A DNA stretch of 64,000 nucleotides from Nemertoderma westbladi (GCA_032718475.1 JAUCBJ010004254.1:1-64000), one strand, 5' to 3'; positions 47,890 through 59,735 are shown, numbered from the stretch's first letter. The notes: a model not told the origin generated them from the sequence alone. Numbers and translations: made by a program.

Positions 47890-50774
47890 CCAACCAACGG
47901 CGACCTACTGCGAAGACGCTTGTAGGAGTTGCGACCACAAGCGGTTTACCCCCGCAACTGAAAGATATGAGTATGAGAACCCTCCAGGAGAAATACCGGC
48001 TCGGTCGTCGCCCGGGTCAACAAGGACCGCGTCCCTCAGTGGTACACCAGGCTGGGGTCGATAAATTGGCTACTGGAACAGAAGACAGAGAAGAAAGAAG
48101 AACCAACCTGTTGAAATGTAAAAAGACACTAAAGATTGCTACAATGAACGCACGCACGCTGAAAGCACAGAGCAAACAGGGTGACATGGTCGCTCTGGCA
48201 ATGTAATATAACATCGACATCATCTGCATCCAAGAACATCGGATTTGTCATGAAGACACTGCCATGAAGTACAATGACATTGGAAATGGATGGACGTTAG
48301 TAACAAGCTCAGCAGTAAGAAACTCGGCCAATGCATCAATTGGTGGAGTAGGAATTCTGCTAAGCCCATTTGCACTTAAGACCCTAAACAACATCGAATC
48401 TATAAATTCCAGGGTTATGATCGCAACATTTGATGGGAATCCCAAGACAACAGTTATATGTTGCTACAGTCCAACCAATGCATCAGATCCAGAACAAGCA
48501 GTCAAGTTTTATGAAGAACTGACTGGACTTATTAAGGACATCCCGAAACACAATGTTAAAGTCATTGCTGGTGACCTGAATGCGCAAATTGGCCCAGAAG
48601 ACATCAAGGGTTACACCTATAACACCAGTTCTAACAGAAATGGGTACTTACTCTTAGACCTAATGGAAGAATGTGAATTGATACCAACAAACAACACATT
48701 CGAAAAGAGTAAGGGGAAGCTATGGACCTTTCAATACCCTAATGGAACCAAAGCACAACTGGATTACATCCTTATAAACAAAAAGTGGAGAAATAGCATG
48801 ATCAACTGCGAGGCATACAGCTCGTTCAACCTAATTGGTTCGGACCACAGAATTGTGACTGCAGAGATCAGACTCAGTTTGAGAGCCAGCAAACCCAGGA
48901 CAAGCAAGCATATCAACTATGACTGGGAGAAACTCAGAACTGACAATGCTGTAAAGGATGCTTATACAGTAGAAGTTCAAAACCGCTTTGAAGCACTTCA
49001 GTCAATGGATGAAGACCAATCCACCGATTCAATATACCAGAATATAATAACAGCCCACAAGGAATCAGCTAAGAGGCATATCCCCCAGAAACCTAAACGA
49101 AAACAGTATGTGCCATGGCAAAACTCTGAGGTTACTTGTAAGAGAGAAGATCTTAAGAATACAAAGTTAAAACCGAACAACCAACAACCGAAAACATTAA
49201 CAAGGTTGAGAAAGCGAAGGACGATCTTAAATTGGCCTACAACATCAGCCAGGAAAAGTACATACAGGATAAAACTGAAGCAATTACAACAGCTCACATA
49301 CAGCAACAATCAAGACTTACCTGGCAAACTTAAAATGAGGTATCTGGTCGGAAAAGTTGTGCAAAGGGGCGCCTCAAAGCCGATAGTCCTGAAGAACGTG
49401 TTGGGAAGTGGAAAAATCACTTCAGCAACTTGCTTGGGCAGCCACCAAACATCGAGGTCAGCCCTACAAGGAAAATATATGACAAGACACTACCTATAGA
49501 AACAGGGGACTTCACACCTGCCGAACTCCAAAGAAGCATTAAAAGCATGTCCAATAATAAAGCGAGTGGATTAGATGAAATCCCAGCGGAGGTATGGAAA
49601 ACCGGAGTGCTAAATAGACCATTATTGAATGTTTGCAACCGGATGTTAAAAGGGGAAAAGCCACCACCAATTTGGACTAAAGGTCAACTAAAGCCTCTCC
49701 CCAAGAAAGGAGACCTCGGCATACCAACAAACTATCATTGGATCTGTCTGCTTGTGGTAGCTGCCAAAATATACAATAAAATGATTCTATATAGGATTAG
49801 GCCTCACATAGAGAAACTACTGCGTAAGAGCCAAAACGGCCAAAACTGAGTTTTTCTCAATCCTAGCTGGCGTACTGCAAGGTGACACATTAGCACCATT
49901 ACTATTTGTAATTGTGCTGGATTACGCAATGAGGACGGCCACAAAGGGTGAAGATCTGGGATTCACACTTCAAGAACGCAGAAGTAGTAGATATCCGGCA
50001 ACTACAATCACAGACACCGACTTTGCGGATGACATCGCCCTGCTCTCTAATACGCTAGCAGATGCACAGCTTCTACTAAATAAAGTGGAGAGGGCTGCTA
50101 AGGAGGTTGGATTGCATATAAAGGCTACCAAGACCGAATTCATGACCTTTAATGTTGATGGAAACTTGACAACCATTGATAATAATCAACTAAGGGAGGT
50201 AGATGACTTCCAGTACCTTGGATCGTGGATAGAGAGTAGCAAAAAGGACATAGAAGTTAGGAAAGCAAAGGCTTGGGTAGCTCTATCAAAAATGGATACC
50301 ATCTGGAAATCAGATCTCTCCAGGCACCTGAAGACCAAGTTCTTTCGAGCCACAGTGGAAAGTTTATTTTTATACGGGGGTGAGACCTGGACACTGACTA
50401 AATCACTTGAACAACGAATTGATGGTTGCTACACAAGACTACTAAGGGCAGCCCTAAACATCAGCTGGAGACAACACATGACAAACGCCGAGCTTTATGG
50501 TACAATACCACCTGTATCAACCACCCTCCGCGAACGCAGATTAAGATTCAGTGGGCACTGCTGGCGAAGTAAAGACGAGGTCATACCAGATCTACTTCTC
50601 TGGCAACCAACTTATGGAAAGCGTAGTCGTGGACGACCTGCCATAACATATATAGATCAACTTGAAAGGGATACTGAACTTGGGAGAAACGAAATTGCGA
50701 CAACTATGGAGAATCGGGAAGCCTGGAAGGATCTCATTTCCACTGTCCGAGTTCGCTCGACCTAGTAGTAGTAG
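47890..50774 (+). mobile_element. RTE-clade LINE, near full length, degenerate
   Basis: APE endonuclease (IATMNARTL, IQEHR, YSPT, GDLNA, QLDYIL, SDH); RT (QGDTLAP, DFADD, YLGS); (TAG)n tail; 14-bp TSD TACCATGTATAATA (47876-47889, 50775-50788); stops, frameshifts and an internal RT deletion near 49840. Confidence 0.93.
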
Positions 50775-51105
50775 TACCATGTATAATAATTTACCAATCA
50801 AGCAAACAGTCAGCCAAAGACGGTAGCGACCCTAAGGCTATACTCTTTCACAAGGCTATTACTATCCAAAGTTTTGCTAGTTTTTATTCAACTGGTCCTA
50901 TTTTATAATGTAATGATGTAATTTATTGACAAATGAGAAAGGGCCTCAAAGCTATAACCAACAGATTGTAAGCCTGACACTCAACCCAATCAAAATTATA
51001 TATGATACAGAAAATAATAAATATATAATAAAAGTATTATATAATGCAGTGCTAATATGTGCTTTGTGTATGTTATCTGTGATACAGAAATAAATAATGA
51101 TGGAT

Positions 51106-52020
51106 TTATATAGTCTTTGATTTAAATTTGACGTTAATCTGACTCTGACTTTTGTGTAACATTTGGGGTATTTGGGATAGTTTTCTCAGAATTACCTCCA
51201 GTGTCTCCCTATTCTGATTTTGGAAGGCTTGAATATCAGAACAGATACTGCTGATTCCAGTTTGCACTTCTTTAATATTTAATTGAATACCTATTAATAT
51301 TTTTTCAGTTTTATCCCAACCTGTATCTTTATGAGTTGGTGTTTTATTTAAATTCGGATCTAGAACTCTTTTTGACAAGGAATCAAAACGGGAAGATATT
51401 TTCTGAACCCTCGAGGTTCGACAACTTGTGGTGGAATTGGGGCTGGTAGTGAAGTTATTAGATCATCCAATTTTTCAGTAATTCCTAACAGCTGGTTTGA
51501 CAGATCACCGAAAAAACCAAACTCAGAATTAGTTCTTAAATATCCCATTTGTGTTTCAAATTCAAACATAGTCGTATCATAAACTCTACTTATGCTTGAA
51601 TCCTGCCATTGGTTTGTACTTTTCGTCTTTATTTGATATCAACTTCAGTTGTCGGTGTTTAATTATCCCGCATAATCGTAAAAAAGGGAGAATTAAACTC
51701 AATGGTGGGGCAAACAGAGGTTTTGAAAAATATTCTTCCATCAGATCATACCTTTGGAAGGACCAATACTCATCAGTATTGTCATTAATAGCATCAAATG
51801 TATGGCTGAACATTGCAATTAATAAATTCAGTAGTAGAACATTTCTCAATCGCAAATATACAGCTAAAAAAATTAGTGGCCAAAATTTTGATTGTGGGCA
51901 TCTCCGCATACCAGTTGCCATCGCTAATTCATAATTTGGCTCACAATTTACAGAATTATAATTGTCAAGAAATAAGGTGCCATAGACTTGGAAATAGGAA
52001 TGGTATAATAGAGATTCAGA
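51106..52020 (-). pseudogene. TRPM: TRPM channel C-terminal part (pore helix, S6, TRP box, coiled coil), frameshifted
   Basis: ESLLYHSYFQVYGTLFLD, Cys-containing pore loop, NVLLLNLLIAMFSHTF, YWSFQRYDLMEEY...PLFAPP; the tail is broken across three frames. Confidence 0.85.
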
Positions 52021-52070
52021 TAATTGGGTAGATAAAGGGTCTTCTTTCCTGCTAATTTAAATAAATGGTG

Positions 52071-52113
52071 ATTACTGATGCATTTCTCCCTTAACGGGCT
52101 TCTTCAGAGTAAT
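52071..52113 (-). ncRNA. Minimal type I hammerhead ribozyme (Penelope-like)
   Basis: The minus strand reads ATTACT-CTGAAGA-AGCCC-GTTAA-GGGA-GAAA-TGCA-TC-AGTAAT: 6-bp stem I, palindromic stem III (ATGCAT), UC cleavage site. Confidence 0.7.
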
Positions 52114-52136
52114 TTAAAATTTAAAATAATAACACA

Positions 52137-52222
52137 CAACCGCAACCGGTATCTAGCTACAACTAAATAAGTATTAATCCATTAATACTTATTTAGTTGT
52201 AGCTAGATACCGGTTGCGGTTG
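52137..52222. repeat. Perfect 42-bp-arm palindrome with a 2-nt spacer
   Basis: caaccgcaaccggtatctagctacaactaaataagtattaat-CC-reverse complement. Confidence 0.95.
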
Positions 52223-52229
52223 AAATTAA

Positions 52230-52560
52230 CGCTGTTGAATTAAGTCATTTATGTAGATCAAAAACATTAGCGGTCCTAAGATTGATACCTGGGGAATACC
52301 GCATAATATAGGCAACACATTAGATTTACAACCAGGAATGGAAACATACTGACTACGGTTTGTTAAGTAGTTGTAAAATAAATTGTGTGGAAAACCTCTT
52401 ATGCCATATAGTTCAAATTTTTTAATAAATTTTTATGATTGAGCGTATCAAACGCTTTCTTTAGATCTACAAAAATAACTATACTGGCATCTGAATTATC
52501 ATGCGCAACGCGTAAATTTTCAACCACATTTAATAGAGCATCTGCTGTTTTGAGACCTGA
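52230..52560 (-). mobile_element. L2/CR1-group LINE RT fragment
   Basis: Minus strand encodes FVDLKKAFDTLNH...LYGIRG...CGIPQVSILGPLMFLIYINDL. Confidence 0.75.
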
Positions 52561-52599
52561 AAATTTTAGTAAATATGATGTTAATAGGCCTATATTTGC

Positions 52600-53415
52600 G
52601 ATAACTTTATAACGTTAAATTTATAGTAAAAGAAACGTCACTTAACACACATAAACAATAAAACACTGTACGACAAACAAAAACTAACAGTGAGGTGGGG
52701 AGTGTGCATGTGCACGCATCGACTATGACGATTCCATCAATAAAAAAATAAAAACCAAATAAAACCTGAAAAAAACCAAATAAAACCTGAAAAAAAACAC
52801 TAAAGCAGAAAAACGTAAAAAAAAGAATATTTAAATCTAATTTCTCTAAAAGACTCGGAATGTACAGCAAAGGACTCTTTGATGCATGCAGCATTACCGA
52901 CCTGGATACAAACCCCTAAACGATGACGGAAATGTTCAATCGATTTTTTGTTGCCAGATACCTGCTGTACACAGTGCCCTAGCTCACGGAGGAATGCTAT
53001 CGTAGAGGTACCAAGACCCAGTGATTCGACAGCTACAGGTTGAATTATAAAATTATGTGAGAGTTCGCCGTATTTCATTTAGTTTCCTATCTTCAGCCAC
53101 GTCTGCTACATTAGGACCATCTTGGAGTGCTGTTTGGGAGTAGGAGGGAGCCTAGCGGTGGACGCAGGTAAAGTCCCAAATAAGAGGCTTGCCTCTCACC
53201 CATGGGAGCATTGTGGCCCCGTCTGGTCTCTTAACATCACATCTGCACATTCAGACAGGTTCTAAGGTGCTAGAAATCTCTGCAGACGCAAGTGCCTCAT
53301 GAATTGCATCATTCCCGAGCAGAACATTGGTGGCGGCTCTTAATGTGGTTGCAGGTGAAAGCATGTAGAGCTGATGAGCCTATGGCAGCGCCACACATGC
53401 AAGGTTGTGGGATAC
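52600..53415 (-). mobile_element. CRE/Zenon-type RLE non-LTR 3' fragment
   Basis: CMCG...[48 protein letters not shown]. Confidence 0.8.
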
Positions 53416-55335
53416 CAGCATGGACTCCCATAGAGGAGTACTGGAACTACTGCTGCTCTAAATAACCGGACCTTGAGTTTCCGATTAATTCTCGGTGACT
53501 TCAAAATCCTGGAAAGCTTATTCAAGGCTGCCCATGCCTTTCCCTTACGTATTCGAAGGTCCTCTCCTGACTTCCGGATCCATGATCCCAGGTAACAGAA
53601 GTCATCCACATGCTCAAGCATACCATCTTTTGAGCTTATGCTCATCTGATCAGAGACTTGCTGAGGACTTTCAAAGTTAACTGTCAAAATTTTGGTCTTT
53701 CTGGAGTTAATAAAAAGACCAACACTAGAAGCAGCATGTTCTAATGAGCTGAGGAGCCGTTGGGCTCCCTCTAGTGATTCTGAGAGTACTCCTAAGTCAT
53801 CAGCAAAGTCTAGATCAGTTAGGTACTTGGCAGGATTTCCTCGACTTCTGGAGCCAGTAGGTGGAGTTATCATCACCCCATTATCATTATGATGATTTAA
53901 GGACATACGTAGAACATAGTCAACAACAATTATGAACAAGAATGGTGCAAGTGTGTCTCCCTGGAGGACGCCCCATAATACTTCAAATGGTTCTGTGTCA
54001 CCGTCAACAGTAGACACAAATGTTATCGAGCCATCGTATACTGATCTGATTTCTGCAATAATTTCATCAGGAATCCCATATAATGAAAGTATGCTGAACA
54101 TACATGAGCGAGAGACTGAATCAAAGGCCTTGAAGAAGTCAACAAAGATAACAACTGTCTTTCTTTTTTGATAACTCTTCAATTATTCTTCTAAGTGCCA
54201 AAATGGGCTCCATGGTCCCACGACCTTTACGGAACCCATTCTGATTTCCATGGAACAGTCTCTCAATGGGATCCCTGATGCGATTTAATAGAATTATATT
54301 GCATAGCTTTGCAGCAATCGAGATCAATGAGATTCCCCGAAAAGAACCATAGAGTGTTAGGTTGCCCTTCTTGGAAACTGGCACCAACTTATTTGTTTTC
54401 ATTTCTTGTGGGACTCTTGTTGTACGGTACATGTCTACTATGATGGGATAGATGAGCTTTAAACACTCAGGTATTTTAAAGACCTCAGGGGGAACACCAT
54501 CTACTCCACTGGCACGATTGGTCTTAATGCTCTTTGCAACAGCCTTCACTTCTGCAAAGGACATATCACCAATGGGAATATCTGGGAGTACAGACTCAGA
54601 CACTTTTACTTCTATAAAGTTATCAGGCAATACCCTGTCATTATTGAGGAGCTTTTCAAAGTGGGCCTTCCAACCATTGAGGCGATCGGCTGGTGATTCA
54701 GCCTTAACCTTGGTGGTTGGTTGGCTTTTTCGAAAGGCAAGCAAGTTGATCGATCTCCATGCCTGGGATGATTGCCTGCTGTCGTCAGCGTCATTGATTT
54801 CATCAACCTGTTGGTTTATTAGCTCCTGTAAATTAACAGAGTACTGCCTGTTCAGGGACCTAGATGCAGCCTTAACTGCATTCTTGGCCGCTGTAGTCTG
54901 TTTGAGTCGGGACTCTTTCTGCGCCTTGTAGAGGTCATTTCGGCACTTCTGAATTTTGTTTTCAGTCCAGGGGGCCCGTTTCCTGTTTCGGGGGGATACA
55001 GGAACTGTTTCTGCAGCTGCTAACTTAACTGCCTCTGTGAAGGCAGTATAGCCCTCACAGTGATCTGCCGCCTCAGAGGCAAGAGCCTCATACCTGTTGC
55101 TCAGCTGTAGTGTGAAGCTGGATCTCACACTTGGCTGTTGCAACAGAGAGGACCAGTCATGCCGCGGCAAGGCAGATTTCGTTGTTCGGCTAGCACGCAG
55201 ACTAAGTCATACCATGGCCACAATAAGGCAGTGATCACTGGAGAAGGGTTGTAGTGTAAATGCATTACAGTCTTGTATAGAGCTCCTGTATTTCCTACGA
55301 AACAGAATATGGTCTATCTGGGACTTGATTAATTG
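53416..55335 (-). mobile_element. RTE-clade LINE internal fragment (end of endonuclease plus RT)
   Basis: SQIDHIL...SDH, QNGFRKGRGT, FVDFFKAFDS, GVLQGDTLAP, DLDFADD, YLGS; truncated at both ends; frameshift near 54170. Confidence 0.9.
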
Positions 55336-58237
55336 AATAAATTAATGACTTGACTAAATTATAGTTATCAAGAAATAGGTTGCCATAGACTTGGAAATAA
55401 GAATGGTATAAAATCGATTCGGCAGCAGCTCCAATATCAGTTTCATTAGGAAACATCAAAGAATGCACTGCAATTCCATACGAGAGAATGAATATTATTA
55501 TAATAACTATAAAGAATATAAGATCTTTCAACATTTTTTCTATCATGATCAATTTTGGACCAATTACACGATTTATTGTTCCAATATGCAGTGTTCGCAG
55601 ATAACAACCCCATAAAGCAATGGCATAAAACACTCTGGCTGAAAACAGCTGTCCTTCTATGTTTCTCAGTATTAAACCTGGAGCAATTGTTATTAAACAA
55701 AAAGTGTCCAACTTATTCCAAGTGCTTCTAATCCATGCAAGGACCTTCCTATGTAATGTTGGTATTCCACTATCATATATTTGTCTAGCCTCGTCCAGAT
55801 ACAGTGTTCCAAACCAGAACACGAGTATAATTTCCCAAATTGAAGCTGTTTCATGGAAATCCATCATTAATACATAACTGAACAGCAGTACTAATACCAT
55901 GTATAAATAGGAATGCTGCCAAAATACAACAATGGGTGCCCTCAAAAAACCAAATATCTTTCTGTAGTATGACAATTGTTTTAGTTGTTTTCTTTCCTTG
56001 TTAGTGGTACTTTTGTTAGAAATTGTATTCTCATTATTCATATCTATCATACTTGCAATATTGTCACATGTTCCAGATTTATCACCATCATCTTCTGAAA
56101 AAGATTTATCACCATAGAAATTTATAAGAAATGGAATAAGGAACGGGCATAATAGACACAATGATATGCGATGTAATCCTGTTGGCATCATCTCACCATA
56201 CCAAACACTAGAGAGGAATGCTTGACAACCACTTTGTGATGTGAAGTTAATACAATTTCCTGCTTGAGCAAGTTCCATGACTGTACTTCCACCAAACAAA
56301 GGTAACACTTGACAAAGAAGAATCTGGACCAGAAAAGAATCATCACAGTAGCACTCATTGGCCACATTTATCGCTAAATTCTCAAAGTATTGAGCAATTT
56401 CGTGGAGTCTAGCACAATATCGAGAATCAATGACAAAATGTGATTCAGCCATTGATTTCATTATTCTGACAGCTGTTAACGCTGCTGCACATTTATGATT
56501 TCCCTCTTCCCAGAAATATCTTGACATTTCTTCTCTGCCTAACAGAATGCAATATATAAACAATTCTCTGCTTGGATCATCAAATGTTTCAAAATCAGAT
56601 GTACAATGAGTGTCTCCCATATGGTTAGAAAGTAAATAAGCTGGTTCCTCTATATTTACAGTCAATACTTTAGCCTTTCCCACATCCCTGTTATATCGAG
56701 AATCATAGAGATAAATTGGATTATAATCAATGTCATTACCCATTAAATATTTTATAATCTTTCCAATATCCTGCAATGATATTATGGATTTATTTCCATT
56801 TTTTCGTTTTTGTGAGTTTAAAAAACAATACAATACCTGCTCATGTGAAATAATATTGTATAAATCTTTCAATCTTTTTACTGTGAGGAATGATTTCAAA
56901 TCAAAACCACTTTCTTGTATTAAATCAACAAATGATGTTTTATTATCAATTATAGCCTGTAACATATATGGCTGTAGGTCACTATCATCAAAAGATTTGT
57001 CACCTGTAAAAATATAATCTTTTGCAATGTCAGCCCGATCCCAGTCGAGGCATATCTGAAGCTGATCAAGTTGGTTATATGCATTTAGCTTCATCATTTC
57101 TTTAATCATTACAGTATCCATGCTCTTCTCACTCTTACTTACAACTATCAGTAGACTTTTGTCTAGAAGACATTCATAAAGCATCCGTATTACATTATTT
57201 ATATGATCTGTTCCCCAAACGCTAATAATTTTCTTTTGTACCAACTTAATGAACTCTCCGAGAAATTCATATTTATCAGTTGATTGACTATTATCTTCGG
57301 TTGACATCCTCATGTGTTCTGTTTGCACTAATAACCAAATAAAAAGATCTGCTAACCCACCTGATCCTTCTAGAATTATCAGTGGTGTTTTAAGTTTAAG
57401 TGATCCTTGAACTTCTTGCAATGTACTTCTATCTCCTCCAAGTAAAATGCTAAGTATTGGGATATTTTTTAGGACAGGATTACAATTCTCTGGATAGTCA
57501 ATATTCTGATTTCTCAATGCCTCCATAAAATTATTCCACAATCCCTCCTTGTCACCAAACTTTGCTGCTGTTCCATCATCAGAAAGAATAAAATGTGTAT
57601 GGTTAGAATCCAATGGTAGACTAAGAAGTCCATCTTCAAAGCAAACATCTTCTTTTCTGTATCCATATTCCATAGATGTTAGAATACCTTCATTAATGAG
57701 AGAAGATTTTCCAGCAACTGATCCCCATGATGTAAATCCGACAAGGAATACACTGCCAGCAGTACCTTTAACATTATTTCTAATTATATTTCCAACCTGT
57801 GCACTCAGACCACAACTTAATCCTTGAGTAAATACCCAGACATCAGAAATTTCAGCTATTTTCATTAGTGCCCTTTCAAAAACTTGCCTCACCTTTCCTC
57901 GCATCTGACTTCCTGTGAAGTTGTTCCCAAATATGGTGAGTACCATTGATGGAGGTGGAATATCCCAACATTCTTCAATGAGCTTCACAACATGCTCACC
58001 TTTTGAGTTGGAATCCATACGTATGTATTTTGTTGGAGACGTATCAGTTGCCTGTTGGCGACTGGGCAAGGTTACATTTCCAAATGCGTTAGTTGGTGTG
58101 AGATTTGTATTGAATGCTGTGGACCACGATCCATTGCCACTCATATCTCCATTCTTGATAGCCATTTCGGAATGTTCCATCACGTCTAGCCCACAATAGC
58201 ATTTTTGCGCTGATTTCGATGAAGTTGTAAAGGAATG
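55295..58237 (-). CDS. TRPM: TRPM (melastatin-type TRP channel), MHR1-4/SLOG to S5 and pore helix in one uninterrupted frame, truncated before S6
   Basis: KCYCG..EH, PTNAFG, KYIR, LDSNHTHFIL.DDG, EGSGGLAD, WDRADIA, WYGEM, RAPIVVFW, WNKLD, IGPKLIMIEKMLKDL, YFQVYG. The frame opens at a polypyrimidine-AG (ttgtcttttag|CAT) at 58237; TRPM homology ends near 55355. Confidence 0.92.
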   Translation of the reverse strand, partial: HSFTTSSKSAQKCYCGLDVMEHSEMAIKNGDMSGNGSWSTAFNTNLTPTNAFGNVTLPSRQQATDTSPTKYIRMDSNSKGEHVVKLIEECWDIPPPSMVLTIFGNNFTGSQMRGKVRQVFERALMKIAEISDVWVFTQGLSCGLSAQVGNIIRNNVKGTAGSVFLVGFTSWGSVAGKSSLINEGILTSMEYGYRKEDVCFEDGLLSLPLDSNHTHFILSDDGTAAKFGDKEGLWNNFMEALRNQNIDYPENCNPVLKNIPILSILLGGDRSTLQEVQGSLKLKTPLIILEGSGGLADLFIWLLVQTEHMRMSTEDNSQSTDKYEFLGEFIKLVQKKIISVWGTDHINNVIRMLYECLLDKSLLIVVSKSEKSMDTVMIKEMMKLNAYNQLDQLQICLDWDRADIAKDYIFTGDKSFDDSDLQPYMLQAIIDNKTSFVDLIQESGFDLKSFLTVKRLKDLYNIISHEQVLYCFLNSQKRKNGNKSIISLQDIGKIIKYLMGNDIDYNPIYLYDSRYNRDVGKAKVLTVNIEEPAYLLSNHMGDTHCTSDFETFDDPSRELFIYCILLGREEMSRYFWEEGNHKCAAALTAVRIMKSMAESHFVIDSRYCARLHEIAQYFENLAINVANECYCDDSFLVQILLCQVLPLFGGSTVMELAQAGNCINFTSQSGCQAFLSSVWYGEMMPTGLHRISLCLLCPFLIPFLINFYGDKSFSEDDGDKSGTCDNIASMIDMNNENTISNKSTTNKERKQLKQLSYYRKIFGFLRAPIVVFWQHSYLYMVLVLLFSYVLMMDFHETASIWEIILVFWFGTLYLDEARQIYDSGIPTLHRKVLAWIRSTWNKLDTFCLITIAPGLILRNIEGQLFSARVFYAIALWGCYLRTLHIGTINRVIGPKLIMIEKMLKDLIFFIVIIIIFILSYGIAVHSLMFPNETDIGAAAESILYHSYFQVYGNLFLDNYNLVKSLIYSINQVPDRPYSVS

Positions 58238-58949
58238 CTAAAAGACAATAATAGATCAGATATAAGTAATAAACATATTTTAAAACTAAACTTATATGTT
58301 GCATCCTGCATATTATGCTAAAAATTCCAGACCCATATGAAAAATACAGTAAAGGTTTATCTTATTAATCATTTTTAGAGTTAGTTAGCTAATTAATGGC
58401 ATCAACTACTCCAAACAAAATAGGAAAACTGCAAAGGGATGGAATGGAATTTATCTTTTCACTGGAGGAAATAGCCAAGAAGGATGGGAGAGCAGAGTAA
58501 AAGCTGAATCCCAAGCTGAGCACTTGGCTGGTTAGAAGGCTAACTTTAGGAAACTGTCGAACCATAAGAAATTGTTTCTGTCGGGCATTCTAGATATAAT
58601 TCTGGAACTTTGATGGATAATTGTGGAAATATCTACAAAAATTAAACTGCCTGTCTTCTCATTATTTTTGTAGATATTATAATGATATCGTACCGATATA
58701 TGAGTTTGAGTAAGAAATAATATAGTGTCGCATCTTGTATCGTATTATATTATTTCAATAAATGCTGACAAACTGACAAAGTAAGCTGGCTGGCATACCA
58801 GTCAGCCAGCAGGCCTACAGCAGTACAGCTGTCAGTATGTGGCTGCCAGGATGACAGCATAGGTATGCTGAATGATATATATCAGTAATCATGCACTGAA
58901 TAAAAATGTAAAATGCCACGAAGTTGGCGGAGCCTTAGCGAATTGACAC

Positions 58950-59735
58950 TGTTAGGGGGTGGGTCAATTTATGCAAATAGTTGTCGTTGTCGTCGTCGTT
59001 GTCGTCGTCGTCGTCGTTATGATTTTGACATGCTAATAACTTTGTCGGATTTAAAGCTGCCAAGTTGAAAATTTGTAGGTATCAATATGAGCAAAAGTTG
59101 AGATTTTTGAGAGACTTTCAGACACCATCAGTGCAATGGTCTCCCGCTAGAGGGCCACATGTCTAAACATTAAATGCCCTCCCATTTCTTTGCTTTTAAT
59201 CCGTTTAAGCTGAAACTTGGCAGATATGTATTAGACCATTAGCTGTGACTTTCAAAGGAGGCGAATCCATCTGCAGTTCTCCAGTCTGCCGCTAGAGGGC
59301 CAAAGGTCTGAAAGTGAAATCGTTGTCGTCGTTACGATTTTGACATGCTAATAACTTTGTCAGATTTAAAGCTGCCAAGTTGAAAATTTGTAGGTATCAA
59401 TATGAGCTAAAGTTGAGATTTTTGAGAGACTTTCAGATACCATCAGTGCAATGGTCTCCCGCTAGAGGGCCACATGTCTAAACATTAAATGCCCTCCCAT
59501 TTCTTTGCTTTTAATCCGTTTAAGCTGAAACTTGGCAGATATGTATTAGACCATTAGCTGTGACTTTCAAAGGAGGCGAATCCATCTGCAGTTCTCCAGT
59601 CTGCCGCTAGAGGGCCAAAGGTCTGAAAGTGAAATCGTTGTCGTCGTTACGATTTTGACATGCTAATAACTTTGTCGGATTTAAAGCTGCCAAGTTGAAA
59701 ATTTGTAGGTATCAATATGAGCTAAAGTTGAGATT
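58950..59735. repeat. Helentron/HINE-like element with a (GTC)n microsatellite and 315-bp tandem repeats (~2.3 units)
   Basis: Units start at 59021, 59336 and 59651; each full unit has two CCGCTAGAGGGCCA motifs. Confidence 0.8.

Noticed and set aside
52020-55355. Ordinary TE-filled intron in a single TRPM gene
   Set aside because: No convincing GT donor was found at the end of the large exon, the flanks overlap by 21 diverged codons, and the downstream part is frameshifted. It cannot be fully excluded without transcripts.
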